Shown one piece after another: positions 10,016 to 20,315 of a stretch of 37,479 bases of DNA (the stretch's first letter is position 1; the number at the start of each line of letters is the position of its first letter). The position numbers and the translations under genes were made by a program. The notes under the pieces were generated by a model. That model saw only the letters and a list, made by a program, of their open reading frames with translations, had not been told where the DNA came from and ran no database searches. The stretch is from Promethearchaeota archaeon (lineage in GTDB: Archaea; Asgardarchaeota; Lokiarchaeia; Sigyniarchaeales; SOKP01), in NCBI GenBank assembly GCA_019058245.1, contig JAHPZJ010000029.1:29708-67186 (forward strand), read 5' to 3'.

Positions 10016-10480
10016 ATGGGAATAATTGATAAGCAATTAAAAGAGTTTGAAGATATTGATAGATTATTAAATGAAAAGGGAACCTTCTCAAGTGAGCAAT
10101 TATTTAAATGTATTTTAGGTTTAAATAAGACAGATTCTAAAATACTTGGATATATGCTGAAAAATAAAGATATAAGAGTATCAAAAATAGCAAAAGCATT
10201 AGAAATGGATAGAACTTCAATTCAAAAAGCAGTCCATAATTTAATTAAATTGAAATTTATCGAACGCAAATCAATATCAATGAAGGATTTTACTAAAGAG
10301 AAGGGGCTTGAGAATACAAAAAAGCAAGGTTATCTTTATGTATATAATGCGAAAGATATAAATTCAATTAAGATTCATTTTAAAAAATTATTGGATAAAT
10401 GGTACAATGCAATGTTAAAGTACATTGAAAATCTTGAAAATCTTTGTGAATGTTGTGGCTTTAAATTTGCCCCTTGTTAG
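10016..10480 (+). CDS. TrmB/MarR-like winged-helix regulator with C-terminal CECC
   Basis: CILGLNKTD..IL, VSKIAKALEMDRTSIQKAVHNL HTH, GYLYVY wing. Confidence 0.85.
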   Translation: MGIIDKQLKEFEDIDRLLNEKGTFSSEQLFKCILGLNKTDSKILGYMLKNKDIRVSKIAKALEMDRTSIQKAVHNLIKLKFIERKSISMKDFTKEKGLENTKKQGYLYVYNAKDINSIKIHFKKLLDKWYNAMLKYIENLENLCECCGFKFAPC

Positions 10481-10695
10481 ATTAAAACAAAATAAGAAAA
10501 AAGACTAGTCAAGATTATTTAGACTTTATAATTTTACTTAAAAAATTCATGTTTTTAATTAACATGACACTAACACGAACAGATTTTTTCTTACTTAAAA
10601 TTTTAATATATGATTTATTATACCAATATTTGAGTAAGGGATATTTTTTTAAATTTAAACCGTCGAGAAAAATCAAAAAATAGCAAATTTTTAGA

Positions 10696-11418
10696 ATGAC
10701 GCAAATGAAGATTATGCTTGAAATGAAAAGAATTTATCATTATTATGGGAGTGCGAGAGTACTTTCAGAACTTAATTTTAAAATTGAAGAAAATACTTTA
10801 TCAGCTATTATTGGCCCAAATGGTGCTGGGAAATCAACAATTCTTAGGTTAATATCAGGATTAGAAAAACCAAATAGGGGAACAATTGAATTTCTAGGCG
10901 AAAGAATTGATGGACTAAAAGCACATAAGGTTGCCAGATTAGGTATTGCTCAAAGCCCAGATCGCCGTAGGTTATTCTACGATTCGAATGTTTCGGACAA
11001 CCTCAGAATGGGGGCATATTTATTAAAAGATAAAGTTAAATATCGTGAATTAAAAGATTTTGCTTATGAAGTATTCCCTCGATTAAGAGAGAGGCGAAAA
11101 CAACGAGCAGGAACATTGAGTGGTGGTGAACAGCAAATGCTTGCAATTGCACGAGCAATAATGGCTGGTCCAAAATTACTTTTATTGGACGAGCCCTCAG
11201 TAGGTTTAGCTCCTAAAGTAAAGACTGATATATTTAAGGCGATTAAAAAAATAAAGGAGGCAGGAACTACTACGGTACTAGTCGAACAAAATAGAGCTTT
11301 AGCGATGGAAGTTTCAGATATGATTCATATACTTGAAGATGGAAGAATTGATTTGAAAGGTACTAGCGAAGAATTAAGAAGAGAACCTCGAGTTAAAAAA
11401 ATATATTTGGGAATGTAA
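10696..11418 (+). CDS. livF: Branched-chain amino acid ABC transporter ATP-binding protein (LivF-like)
   Basis: GPNGAGKS, LSGGEQQMLAIARA, LLLLDEPSVGLAP, LVEQN, YLG end. Confidence 0.9.
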   Translation: MTQMKIMLEMKRIYHYYGSARVLSELNFKIEENTLSAIIGPNGAGKSTILRLISGLEKPNRGTIEFLGERIDGLKAHKVARLGIAQSPDRRRLFYDSNVSDNLRMGAYLLKDKVKYRELKDFAYEVFPRLRERRKQRAGTLSGGEQQMLAIARAIMAGPKLLLLDEPSVGLAPKVKTDIFKAIKKIKEAGTTTVLVEQNRALAMEVSDMIHILEDGRIDLKGTSEELRREPRVKKIYLGM

Positions 11419-11442
11419 ATAATTTAGAGAGGTAATGGTCAA

Positions 11443-13377
11443 TTAGATTTTTAACTTACTTCTCCAAAAGTTAATTTTGTTTCTTAATTCTTCTTTTTGG
11501 GTGTTATCTAATAGATTCCTATTACTTTTAAGAGGTGAACTGCTCATTCGCATTTGCCTTAATATAGCACTAAAGCCTTTTTTCTCAAGAATATCATTCT
11601 GTAATTTTTCTAAAAGTGAACCTATATTTTCACCAGAAAAGGTATCGATCTTACTTAAAATATTATCAAATTGAGTTGTTAAATTACTATCTGAAGTTAT
11701 TCCCGCATCAGGCTGAATATTTGGAGTCAATTTTGCGGGTTCGATGGTAGGAGCTGATATTGGTTCAATCTCCTTCTCATAAGATATTTCTGAGGTTGAA
11801 ACTGATTTGGATGGTATCTCTTCAGATAATTTAGGAACTGAAGGAATAGTGAGTTTTTGATTTTGGGGGTGTAAAGGAATCACTTCAGGAGCCTGTGTAA
11901 TAGCTTGTGTAATTTCCACTTGTTCGAATTTTTTACTTTGAATCCATACATCTTCCAAAACGGCAGCAAACAATTTTACATGTTCTTCTAGAACTGATCC
12001 CATTCCAGCTATTTCGAAATCACCTTCTGCTGATTTTGACACTACACACACGACAACTTCTTCGAAATCTTTATTTATTGACCATAAATTTTCTCGGGGA
12101 TAATGTCTTATGGTAATATTGGGATAATCTGCTATTTGTTTAAACCTTATCTGATCTTCGGGATCAGTTAAATCGATATTTGTGGATATTCTAATATTAA
12201 TGTGTTTTTTCAATCTTAATAATGGAACTAAGTCAATATTTACTAACTTTGGTGCTACTATGTGAATACGCATTTTAACTCGAGAGAGTGACTCATTAAT
12301 TTGTGCCATAATTCCTTCAGATGACCGTACAAACCAAACATCCTTAAAGCTTAATAAAGATGCTTCTTTCGATCGCTCCCAAAATTCAATCATCGTAAGT
12401 TCGGCGCTTTCCAATTGGTGAATAATGTTGTAAATAATATCATCTTTCAATGTTTCAAAGATTTCTTTTCTGAATAAGCTCTTTAAATCATTAATTCCAG
12501 TCATAATATCATCATAAACACCTGTAATTCTTTCTTCTAAATCTTCTAAAGTTGTTACAATACCATTCTCAATATCTGTAACAATAGATCCTAAATCAGT
12601 ACTTACTTCACCAGCAGTATCAGAAATACTACCCAATTGATTTATGACTTGATCCAGCATATTTTGAGTCGTTTGTACAAATTTATTCTTAAAAGTTTTA
12701 GTTATTTGATCGAATTGCTCTGATATCACTTTAGATACAATTTTCTCAGCCATACTACTTAAAGCACCAATTCGAAATTGTTTTTCGAATCTAGCGGCTA
12801 TTTCTGATTTTACAGATTGCATACTTTCTTCCATAGATTCAAATTCTTTAGTGATATCAGAAGGGACAATTTCTTTTAAGTTAAAAATAAAGCTTTTTAC
12901 ATCTTGAAATCTTTTAACTTGATCAAGTTCTTTATCAAACAACTCAAACTGAGTTTTAATTTGAGCTGGTAATTTGGTCCTCATGATTTGTAGATAAGTT
13001 TTATAATCATCCAATTTTCGAAGCTTATCAGAGTGCTGCTCTAATGAATCGAATTTTTTTTGGATGTTTTGCGGAGCACTTTGCTCAAAACTCTTAATTA
13101 TCTCTTTGAACTGACCTATTTGACTGATCAATGCTGCATACGGTGGTAATGCTTCATATATTGGATTCTTTCCAGGTATTTGTTTAAGTAGACCTTTTTG
13201 AAATAAATTATTGGCTACTTCAGCAGCCCTCTCTTCGGAGAGATCAGAAATTAAAGCAATCTCTCCAATCATTACAGGACCTCTTCCTGTGATTTTATAA
13301 TAAGTATTCACTTCATCCTGTGCTAATCCAATAAGTTCTAAAACTTGTTTGGTTGCAGAATCTCTCTCATCTGACAT
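11443..13377 (-). CDS. Multidomain protein: TrmB-like wHTH, long helical region, PLD-like fold, Pro-rich linker, helical C-terminus
   Basis: GLAQDEVNTY...IGEIA...L..KGL...YEALPP at the N-terminus; VWFVRS...IHIVAP...IRIST...IRHY...KDFEEVV resembles the TrmB effector (PLD-like) domain. Confidence 0.6.
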   Translation of the reverse strand: MSDERDSATKQVLELIGLAQDEVNTYYKITGRGPVMIGEIALISDLSEERAAEVANNLFQKGLLKQIPGKNPIYEALPPYAALISQIGQFKEIIKSFEQSAPQNIQKKFDSLEQHSDKLRKLDDYKTYLQIMRTKLPAQIKTQFELFDKELDQVKRFQDVKSFIFNLKEIVPSDITKEFESMEESMQSVKSEIAARFEKQFRIGALSSMAEKIVSKVISEQFDQITKTFKNKFVQTTQNMLDQVINQLGSISDTAGEVSTDLGSIVTDIENGIVTTLEDLEERITGVYDDIMTGINDLKSLFRKEIFETLKDDIIYNIIHQLESAELTMIEFWERSKEASLLSFKDVWFVRSSEGIMAQINESLSRVKMRIHIVAPKLVNIDLVPLLRLKKHINIRISTNIDLTDPEDQIRFKQIADYPNITIRHYPRENLWSINKDFEEVVVCVVSKSAEGDFEIAGMGSVLEEHVKLFAAVLEDVWIQSKKFEQVEITQAITQAPEVIPLHPQNQKLTIPSVPKLSEEIPSKSVSTSEISYEKEIEPISAPTIEPAKLTPNIQPDAGITSDSNLTTQFDNILSKIDTFSGENIGSLLEKLQNDILEKKGFSAILRQMRMSSSPLKSNRNLLDNTQKEELRNKINFWRSKLKI

Positions 13378-13396
13378 TCTATATACTCTCTAATTA

Positions 13397-14524
13397 TTAC
13401 TTTTTGTATGCTTTTTCGAGGAACTCTAAATGAGTAATAGCTACATTTTTTTCTATTACTCCTTCTGAACGTTTCTTTCGAATTTTTTCAATCAAATATT
13501 CTGGATAAAATGTATGAACTGCAATATCAGTTAGTAAGAATACCCATAAAGTATCCTTATCATCTTTTATCAACTTAATAATCTTATATTTTTCTAAATC
13601 TTTTAAAAAACTCCCAACTTCATCTATCGATTGTCCAGGAGCTTTTGGAATCTTATTCAGAGGATATACTCTTTCTCTAAATAATGTGATAAAATCATAA
13701 TTATCCGGATTCATAATAATGTGAGCAATTTGTAAATTATCCTCTGGAGATGGTTCATAATCTTTAAAATATTGTCTTACTTCATTGAGATAAGTACGTG
13801 CGAGTTCTGGTGTAGGAAAACCTTTCCTTGCATTCTCTACTAATTTAGAAACAGGTCTTCTAAAGATTGTAAAATCGGAAAGAAGAAAAAGAGTAATATC
13901 AGTATTTCCCTCAACCCAATCTTGAGTTATTAGACCTGTTTTAACAAATGGATCTAAAATAAATTCAAGATTAGGGACAATTTTATTTAATTTATCTTCT
14001 ATGACACCCTGTAATTCTCTTCTAGATAATGGTCTTTCTTGTAAAGCTTCTAAAATAGTCCGCGCTTTTTCACTAATATATATTTGTGCTAATCTTTGCT
14101 CTTTTGATAAATTTTTCAAACGATCCAACAAAATTAATGTATTTTTAAGGTAGAGTCTTATTTTTTTTACAATTTCATAACTTTGCGATACATTTGTGCT
14201 CAGTTCCTTTAAATAATCTAAGATACCAACATTAATTTCTCTTAATACAGTTTCACCAAACATCTCAGGATCCTCACCTAACTCTAACATTAAGTTAATC
14301 ATTAATGGCATTTCAGAATCTAATCCTGTGAAATAACTCGAAACATTAGAACGTGATTTTTCCAAACGTACTAATACATTCCCTGCTGCTCCTGCCCCCG
14401 TAATATGAGCATAAAATATTCGCATCATATCATCCAAATCCACCTTAAGATCTTCAGGGTAACTTAATTTAATGACTAAACCTTGATCCTCAGTCCATTC
14501 AGTTATTATAAAACCATGTGGCAT
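13397..14524 (-). CDS. Longin/uDENN-like N-terminus plus winged-helix C-terminus
   Basis: GFIITEWTEDQGLVIKLSYPED hairpin; ILEALQERPLSRRELQ...LDPFVKTGLI wH; a probable second wH (FLKDLEKYKIIKLI). Confidence 0.55.
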   Translation of the reverse strand: MPHGFIITEWTEDQGLVIKLSYPEDLKVDLDDMMRIFYAHITGAGAAGNVLVRLEKSRSNVSSYFTGLDSEMPLMINLMLELGEDPEMFGETVLREINVGILDYLKELSTNVSQSYEIVKKIRLYLKNTLILLDRLKNLSKEQRLAQIYISEKARTILEALQERPLSRRELQGVIEDKLNKIVPNLEFILDPFVKTGLITQDWVEGNTDITLFLLSDFTIFRRPVSKLVENARKGFPTPELARTYLNEVRQYFKDYEPSPEDNLQIAHIIMNPDNYDFITLFRERVYPLNKIPKAPGQSIDEVGSFLKDLEKYKIIKLIKDDKDTLWVFLLTDIAVHTFYPEYLIEKIRKKRSEGVIEKNVAITHLEFLEKAYKK

Positions 14525-17500
14525 TTAATCTACGCCTCCTTCTTTCTTTATTACTTTTTCAACTTTATCTATTTCTTCAGGTTGAATAAATTCATAATCT
14601 ACACTTTTTATTTGGTTTTGAAGCTCTTTCCCTATAATCTCATCTCTTTTGTCTACTATTATTGGTTTTGTCCGTTTTGACTTCTTTACATTTTTCTTTA
14701 ATTTTCTAATTTTTCTAACCATTGGAGGGTATTTAAGATACATTTGATGTACAGCAAAAAAACTAACTAGACCAACAATTCCAGCAACTAGCACATATAT
14801 GAGCCAACTCAAATCCGGAGGAGGGCTTGTCGTGGGAGAAATAACAACTAAAGTAATTGTATAGCTCTTAAAATCGTAATTATCGCCGGCAAAAGCACTT
14901 ATTGTTATGGTATGAACCCCCTCTCTAACATTATCTATTGTATCCTCATAAATATTATCTTGCCCAGAATATTTAAGTTCTCCTTGGTAATAAGGAGAAT
15001 TGTATGTAATTGTCGCATTCGTTATATCAGCACCAAAGATCGTATCATTTAAGATTACTTGAAGTAATATATTATCTCCTACTTCCGCTTCTATTTGAGC
15101 TACTCCTGATACTGATCTAATTTCTGCAGCAATTTTGTTTACTGTGATTCTTAAATCTTTTGTTAATGACTGGAAATTTGATTTTTGGGCAACAATTGTA
15201 AACAATTTTGCTCCAATCCTTAATTCTGTTGAATTAAGTATTCTATAATATTGATCATAATTATTGTCTTTCACTAAATCTAGAGATAAATCTTCTCCAA
15301 TCAATAAGACTGTTGCGTTGTCAATAAACACTCCATTTAGGTCTGTGTACTTAACAGTAAGATTTATACTTTGACCAATAGTAAGATTAAAAACAGGATT
15401 ATTAGTCAAATCTTTACCATTCATAATAATTGTTAAGCTTGTCCCTATTTGTCCAATTTCTACTACAATTGAAATGGTTTGTGGTTCATAACCATCTTTT
15501 CGTGCGTAAATAGTTAAAAAATTAACTCCTTGACTTAAATCATTTGTATTTATAACCACTGAATAAATATTAAAATTTTCATTGAGTACTTTTGATATTC
15601 CTGTTCCATTTATGTCAACAATAGCACCAGAAATATGGGATAAAGTATCAGAATTATTATACAAAACAGTAATGTAAAGGAGTTGATTAGGATATTTAGT
15701 AATTGATGGATTCGATGTTGAATCTTTCCCATCTAAGAATAATGTTAAATTTGTTTGTATCTGTATAATTTCTATTACAATTAAAATCGAATAAGCTTCA
15801 TAATTAACTTTTCGAGCAAAAAGCGTTAAAAAATTCACTCCTTGATTTAATTCATTTGTATCTATTAACACGGAATAATTATTAAATTTATCTTCAAGAA
15901 CTTTCGATACAGAGGAGCCATTTATATCTACAGTCGCACCAGGAATATGTTCCTTTAAAATAGTATCATTATAAGTAAAAGTAATATTTAAGTACTGATT
16001 TTTATATAGCGGGATAGTTGGATTTTGTTCTGTTTGAATTGTTCCATTAAAATATACCCAATACTCAGTTTCTCTTGTATATATATTAATAGTTAATTTT
16101 TCAGTTATTGTTGTGTAATTATCTTTCTGAGCTATTATATTTAAAATGAATATTCCAACACCTAATTTTGTTGAATTTAAAGTAAGATTATAAAATTTAT
16201 AATTTTCTGTAAACACTTCTCCAATACCTGTCCCATTCAATGAAATAGTTGCATTTTGGATAAGTGATTCACTCATCGCATCAAGATCCATGTATTTAAC
16301 TGTAATATTTGCCATTGCTCCTGAATAAATATTAGCTGTTTTATTAATAGTACAGTTATTATCATCTATAATAATTTCAGTAATGGATGTTTGTCGCTCA
16401 ACCACTTCAATTGATATTATAATTGTTTGAGATTCATATCCCGTCTCATTAAAATCAATTCTTAAATTAGGAGCAGTATTTACTTGATATTTAGAAGTAT
16501 TACAAGTAATATTATAAAGCCCACCTCCCGATGTTATATACGACCAATCATCATTCCAATTATTAATTATTGGAGTAGCACCTTCAACTCCATTAATAAC
16601 TGAAGCATTAGAATAGGTATAATTAAGATGTACGGTAAAGTTATTATTCCAAGGTACTTCTATACCTGAAAATTCTTCAGCATAAAGATCTGTCGAAAAT
16701 ATTACTTCAATTGTAATATTAACTTCATCATCCAAATATGAAGGATGAGAAGCATGAATGGTCAAAATGTTTTCTCCAGCGTCACCTCCAGTTGTATTAA
16801 ATATAAGTAAATAATAACCATTATCTAAGTCTTTAAAAGTTTGAATCTCTCCTGTAAAGTTTCTCAAGGTGATATTTGCACCTTCTATTGGTTTGTTATA
16901 TCTTACATCTTTAAATGTAACTTCTAAGTTGATTGTATCGCCGTAAACTACATCTTCATAATAATTATCAAGAGCTTTTAATGTGGAATTATGGGTAACT
17001 GTAAATTTCTTGTATATAATCCCTGTTTCATTGAATAAATTAAAGTTAGAATATGAATTATTCCATGTAACTATTGCTTCGTACTCACCTACCATGTAAT
17101 TTGATCCATCAGAAGGAATAAAAATAGGATCAAAATAAACTATACCCGTATCATTAACTTGTTTGAATTGATTTTCTGCCGTCCAGATTGAGTCATCTGG
17201 AAACCTTATTTGGAGTTGAGCTTCTGTTTTATTAATATATCCCGAAATCAATTGCGATTTTTTAATATTTGCCGTAATATTAATCCATGTTCCATTAGTG
17301 AATACATTCCTCGGTATCCATTCACTTGTATCATTATTATATATATCCATTCCTAAACAATAATTTGGCGATTCCGCCTTTAGCCTCCAAAATAAATTAG
17401 TATTAGTTGTTATATTACTAACTGGAATATTTACAACCTTTTTGTTTCCATAGTTTGTTATATTAAGATCATCAAAAGAAACATTAGTCTGAGAGAAAAA

Positions 17501-18916
17501 TACTTCTTTTAAATTATAATCTGATGGATATTCCAGAGTCATATTTGTTTCTTCATATCTGGTTGGAATCTCCATATGAGCATACGTTGTCCAATTCACA
17601 TCAGTACTATTCGCTACAACAAAAGCTGAACCTTGATAAATATCATCAGGATTAGGAGTATAATAGCTTTCAGGAGTAGATTTATTTGCGTATAAAATTA
17701 GATTTGTTTCAAATTCTATCTTATATTTTATCCAACCATAATCATCATCATCAAAACTTAATGGCCAATTCAGATTGCTACTGAAATTTGCATATACATC
17801 TATTTTACTTCCATTCCAAGTACCTAACTTTCCACGATAACCTTCACCATAATTATCACCATTAACTTGTGAACCGTTTAAATATAATCCAAGTTGAGAT
17901 GGTTTTGCTTTAGATTTAACAATTAGCGATATATTATCAATAAGAACAGAATATTCGTCCCAATAATTAGGATTTGAATTTCCACTAACTCTTTTAAACT
18001 CAAAAGTTATATTCATATCTTTTACTCCGGTAGGAAATATATCTGGATCATCAGTATCTAAGTAAATGGGAGTTACATTATACCATTGCCCAGGATTAGG
18101 ATTACCACAGGCTTCTAACATTGATGCAAGACCATTACCCCATAATGTTTTATTGTTTACGATAATTTGTAAAGTAAAATGATTATTATATGTATCACTA
18201 TATTTTGGAAATGCTGCAAATTTTAACAAAGCTTCATCTACATCTCCCCTATCCATTTCAAAAGTAGTTTCCCACCAACATTTATCACCAACGTCATATT
18301 CCCCGCTTGATTGTCCAATCCTTAATTCTAAGCAATCAGCACCACCTGAACCAGTATCATCTGTATCATAATAATTTCCTGAAAAATCGTTATCGACTTC
18401 TCCAGATCCTCCATCCACATCACTTTCATAAAAAGTCCAATTGTAAATATAATAGCTATCATTTTCATTTGCTCCACCGCCATCAGAAGTTCCAACATCA
18501 TGAAATGTCCCATTAATCCAATTTCTTGTATCATATAAATTTGTTATTGTAGAATTTAATTGATAACCCATCCATCCCTCTTCTAATTCTACAAATTGAG
18601 AGTTATCATAAGGAGTATTATTAGTAAACCTTACCGGTAAATTAGTTTTTGTTCCATTGGCATAGTGAGTAACATTCCAAGGAGCCCCAATACCACTAAA
18701 AGTGTTATCAGTAGATAGATCTTGAGTTTTTAAATTTTCTTCAAGAAAAGTATATTCATCTTTCTCCTTCTTCCCATTTTCATTAAAGCTTAAATTTATT
18801 TCAATATTCTGTACAAGAGGAATCATTAAAAAACTAACTATCAAACCTATAACAATAAATATCTTTTTGCTACTAATTCGATTTATCTTTAGAAATTTAT
18901 GATTTTTTAATGTCAT
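14525..18916 (-). CDS. Large cell-surface glycoprotein with Ig-like repeats, C-terminal TM helix and basic cytoplasmic tail
   Basis: N-terminal signal/anchor, many N-x-S/T sequons, ~100-aa beta-rich repeats, then PTTSPPP-TM-YLKYPPMVRKIRKLKK. Confidence 0.85.
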   Translation of the reverse strand: MTLKNHKFLKINRISSKKIFIVIGLIVSFLMIPLVQNIEINLSFNENGKKEKDEYTFLEENLKTQDLSTDNTFSGIGAPWNVTHYANGTKTNLPVRFTNNTPYDNSQFVELEEGWMGYQLNSTITNLYDTRNWINGTFHDVGTSDGGGANENDSYYIYNWTFYESDVDGGSGEVDNDFSGNYYDTDDTGSGGADCLELRIGQSSGEYDVGDKCWWETTFEMDRGDVDEALLKFAAFPKYSDTYNNHFTLQIIVNNKTLWGNGLASMLEACGNPNPGQWYNVTPIYLDTDDPDIFPTGVKDMNITFEFKRVSGNSNPNYWDEYSVLIDNISLIVKSKAKPSQLGLYLNGSQVNGDNYGEGYRGKLGTWNGSKIDVYANFSSNLNWPLSFDDDDYGWIKYKIEFETNLILYANKSTPESYYTPNPDDIYQGSAFVVANSTDVNWTTYAHMEIPTRYEETNMTLEYPSDYNLKEVFFSQTNVSFDDLNITNYGNKKVVNIPVSNITTNTNLFWRLKAESPNYCLGMDIYNNDTSEWIPRNVFTNGTWINITANIKKSQLISGYINKTEAQLQIRFPDDSIWTAENQFKQVNDTGIVYFDPIFIPSDGSNYMVGEYEAIVTWNNSYSNFNLFNETGIIYKKFTVTHNSTLKALDNYYEDVVYGDTINLEVTFKDVRYNKPIEGANITLRNFTGEIQTFKDLDNGYYLLIFNTTGGDAGENILTIHASHPSYLDDEVNITIEVIFSTDLYAEEFSGIEVPWNNNFTVHLNYTYSNASVINGVEGATPIINNWNDDWSYITSGGGLYNITCNTSKYQVNTAPNLRIDFNETGYESQTIIISIEVVERQTSITEIIIDDNNCTINKTANIYSGAMANITVKYMDLDAMSESLIQNATISLNGTGIGEVFTENYKFYNLTLNSTKLGVGIFILNIIAQKDNYTTITEKLTINIYTRETEYWVYFNGTIQTEQNPTIPLYKNQYLNITFTYNDTILKEHIPGATVDINGSSVSKVLEDKFNNYSVLIDTNELNQGVNFLTLFARKVNYEAYSILIVIEIIQIQTNLTLFLDGKDSTSNPSITKYPNQLLYITVLYNNSDTLSHISGAIVDINGTGISKVLNENFNIYSVVINTNDLSQGVNFLTIYARKDGYEPQTISIVVEIGQIGTSLTIIMNGKDLTNNPVFNLTIGQSINLTVKYTDLNGVFIDNATVLLIGEDLSLDLVKDNNYDQYYRILNSTELRIGAKLFTIVAQKSNFQSLTKDLRITVNKIAAEIRSVSGVAQIEAEVGDNILLQVILNDTIFGADITNATITYNSPYYQGELKYSGQDNIYEDTIDNVREGVHTITISAFAGDNYDFKSYTITLVVISPTTSPPPDLSWLIYVLVAGIVGLVSFFAVHQMYLKYPPMVRKIRKLKKNVKKSKRTKPIIVDKRDEIIGKELQNQIKSVDYEFIQPEEIDKVEKVIKKEGGVD

Positions 18917-19131
18917 ATTAAATCACGAATAATAATCTGATATTCTTAATTTCTTTAAATCTAATTTGAATTAATTAATAATTAAATCTTTTTCTTATAC
19001 GTTATTAGAAGTACTTATAAGATAGTAATGTCAATATGGTATATTAAAATCTTTTTTTTCTTTATCAATAAGAATTAAAATCTGATAATTTAAAATCATA
19101 AAATATGAAAGTGATATATTAAATATTATTT

Positions 19132-19935
19132 TTAAAGAGGATTTTTTACAAAACCTCCATCAACTTGAATTGCGGTCCCTGTAATATAACTAGCTTTATC
19201 TGAGGCTAAAAAGACTACCAAATTTGCCAATTCCTCTGGTTTACCTAATCGTCCAAGTGGAATAGACTCTATCCACGTTTTCTCAACTTCGGCATAAGTT
19301 TGTCCAGTATCTTTAACTGTAGTATTGATTAATTCTTTCATACGATTAGTTAGTGTTGGACCAGGGCAAACAACATTGACTAAAATATTATCCTTACCAT
19401 ATTCATTAGCAAGAGTTTTTGCAAATCCGACAACACCCAACCTTGTTGTATTTGATAAAACTAAATTATTTAAGGGCTGTTTAACTGAAACTGAAGTAAT
19501 TGCTATAATCCTACCCCCTTTTTGCTTCTTCATTATTGGAATGACCATATCCGTTATATAAATAAAAGAACGGAGGTTTAAATCAATCGAATTTGACCAC
19601 TCCTCTTTAGAAATTTTATCAATGGGTTTTGAAGGAGGACCACCAGCATTATGCACTAAAATATCAATTCTACCAAATTCTTTTAAAGTTTTTTCTATAA
19701 GATTTTTTATATGATCTTCATACATTAAATCTGTAACAATGGAAAATACTTTATTATTCAAGGCAACTGAATAAGAATCTTCTATTTTTTCCTTCGCAAT
19801 CTTCAGATTTTCTTCGGAACGACTACATATTACCACATTAGCACCTTCTTGATATAATCCTTTGGCACATTCGAACCCTAATCCTTTACTCGATGCTAAA
19901 ACAAGAGCAACCTTTTTTTCTAAACCTAAATTCAT
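19132..19935 (-). CDS. Short-chain dehydrogenase/reductase (atypical FabG-like)
   Basis: ASSKGLG, DILVHNAGGPP, IPLGRLGKPEE, ASYITG.AIQVDGG; S-N-T-T-R replaces YxxxK. Confidence 0.92.
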   Translation of the reverse strand: MNLGLEKKVALVLASSKGLGFECAKGLYQEGANVVICSRSEENLKIAKEKIEDSYSVALNNKVFSIVTDLMYEDHIKNLIEKTLKEFGRIDILVHNAGGPPSKPIDKISKEEWSNSIDLNLRSFIYITDMVIPIMKKQKGGRIIAITSVSVKQPLNNLVLSNTTRLGVVGFAKTLANEYGKDNILVNVVCPGPTLTNRMKELINTTVKDTGQTYAEVEKTWIESIPLGRLGKPEELANLVVFLASDKASYITGTAIQVDGGFVKNPL

Positions 19936-19953
19936 AATTATTTACCCCTTTCT

Positions 19954-20121
19954 TTACTTTATTTTCGAAATATTATTGAATAAACTACATTTACGAAAAA
20001 ACTGGTTACATCTAATACAATTTTCCGCGGCTATGCAATCTTTCGCTAATGGACAACTAATATTATTTTTATCTAGTTTTATCATTACACGGTGTAATCG
20101 CTTTTCTACATTATATCGCAT
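19954..20121 (-). CDS. Small Cys-rich protein (55 aa), not in the ORF track
   Basis: MRYNVEKRLHRVMIKLDKNNISCPLAKDCIAAENCIRCNQFFRKCSLFNNISKIK*; GAGAGG upstream; ends 18 nt before the SDR start. Confidence 0.6.
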   Translation of the reverse strand: MRYNVEKRLHRVMIKLDKNNISCPLAKDCIAAENCIRCNQFFRKCSLFNNISKIK

Positions 20122-20315
20122 GGAAATAAGCCTCTCTTTAATTTTACCAATTTTAATAAATCATACAAAAAATTATAATTTCCTTATTTTCCTATGAAAG
20201 ATTTTAAAAGGATAATTTTATAAATTCAAATAGTTATAATAGTTTTATAGAGTGAAGAATATATTATTAAATATAGAAAAAAAATACTAAAATTTTGTAG
20301 AAAAGGTGTATTAGT

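Noticed and set aside
19862-20197. 111-aa plus-strand ORF
   Set aside because: Antisense to the SDR start and to the Cys-rich ORF, with no recognisable motifs.
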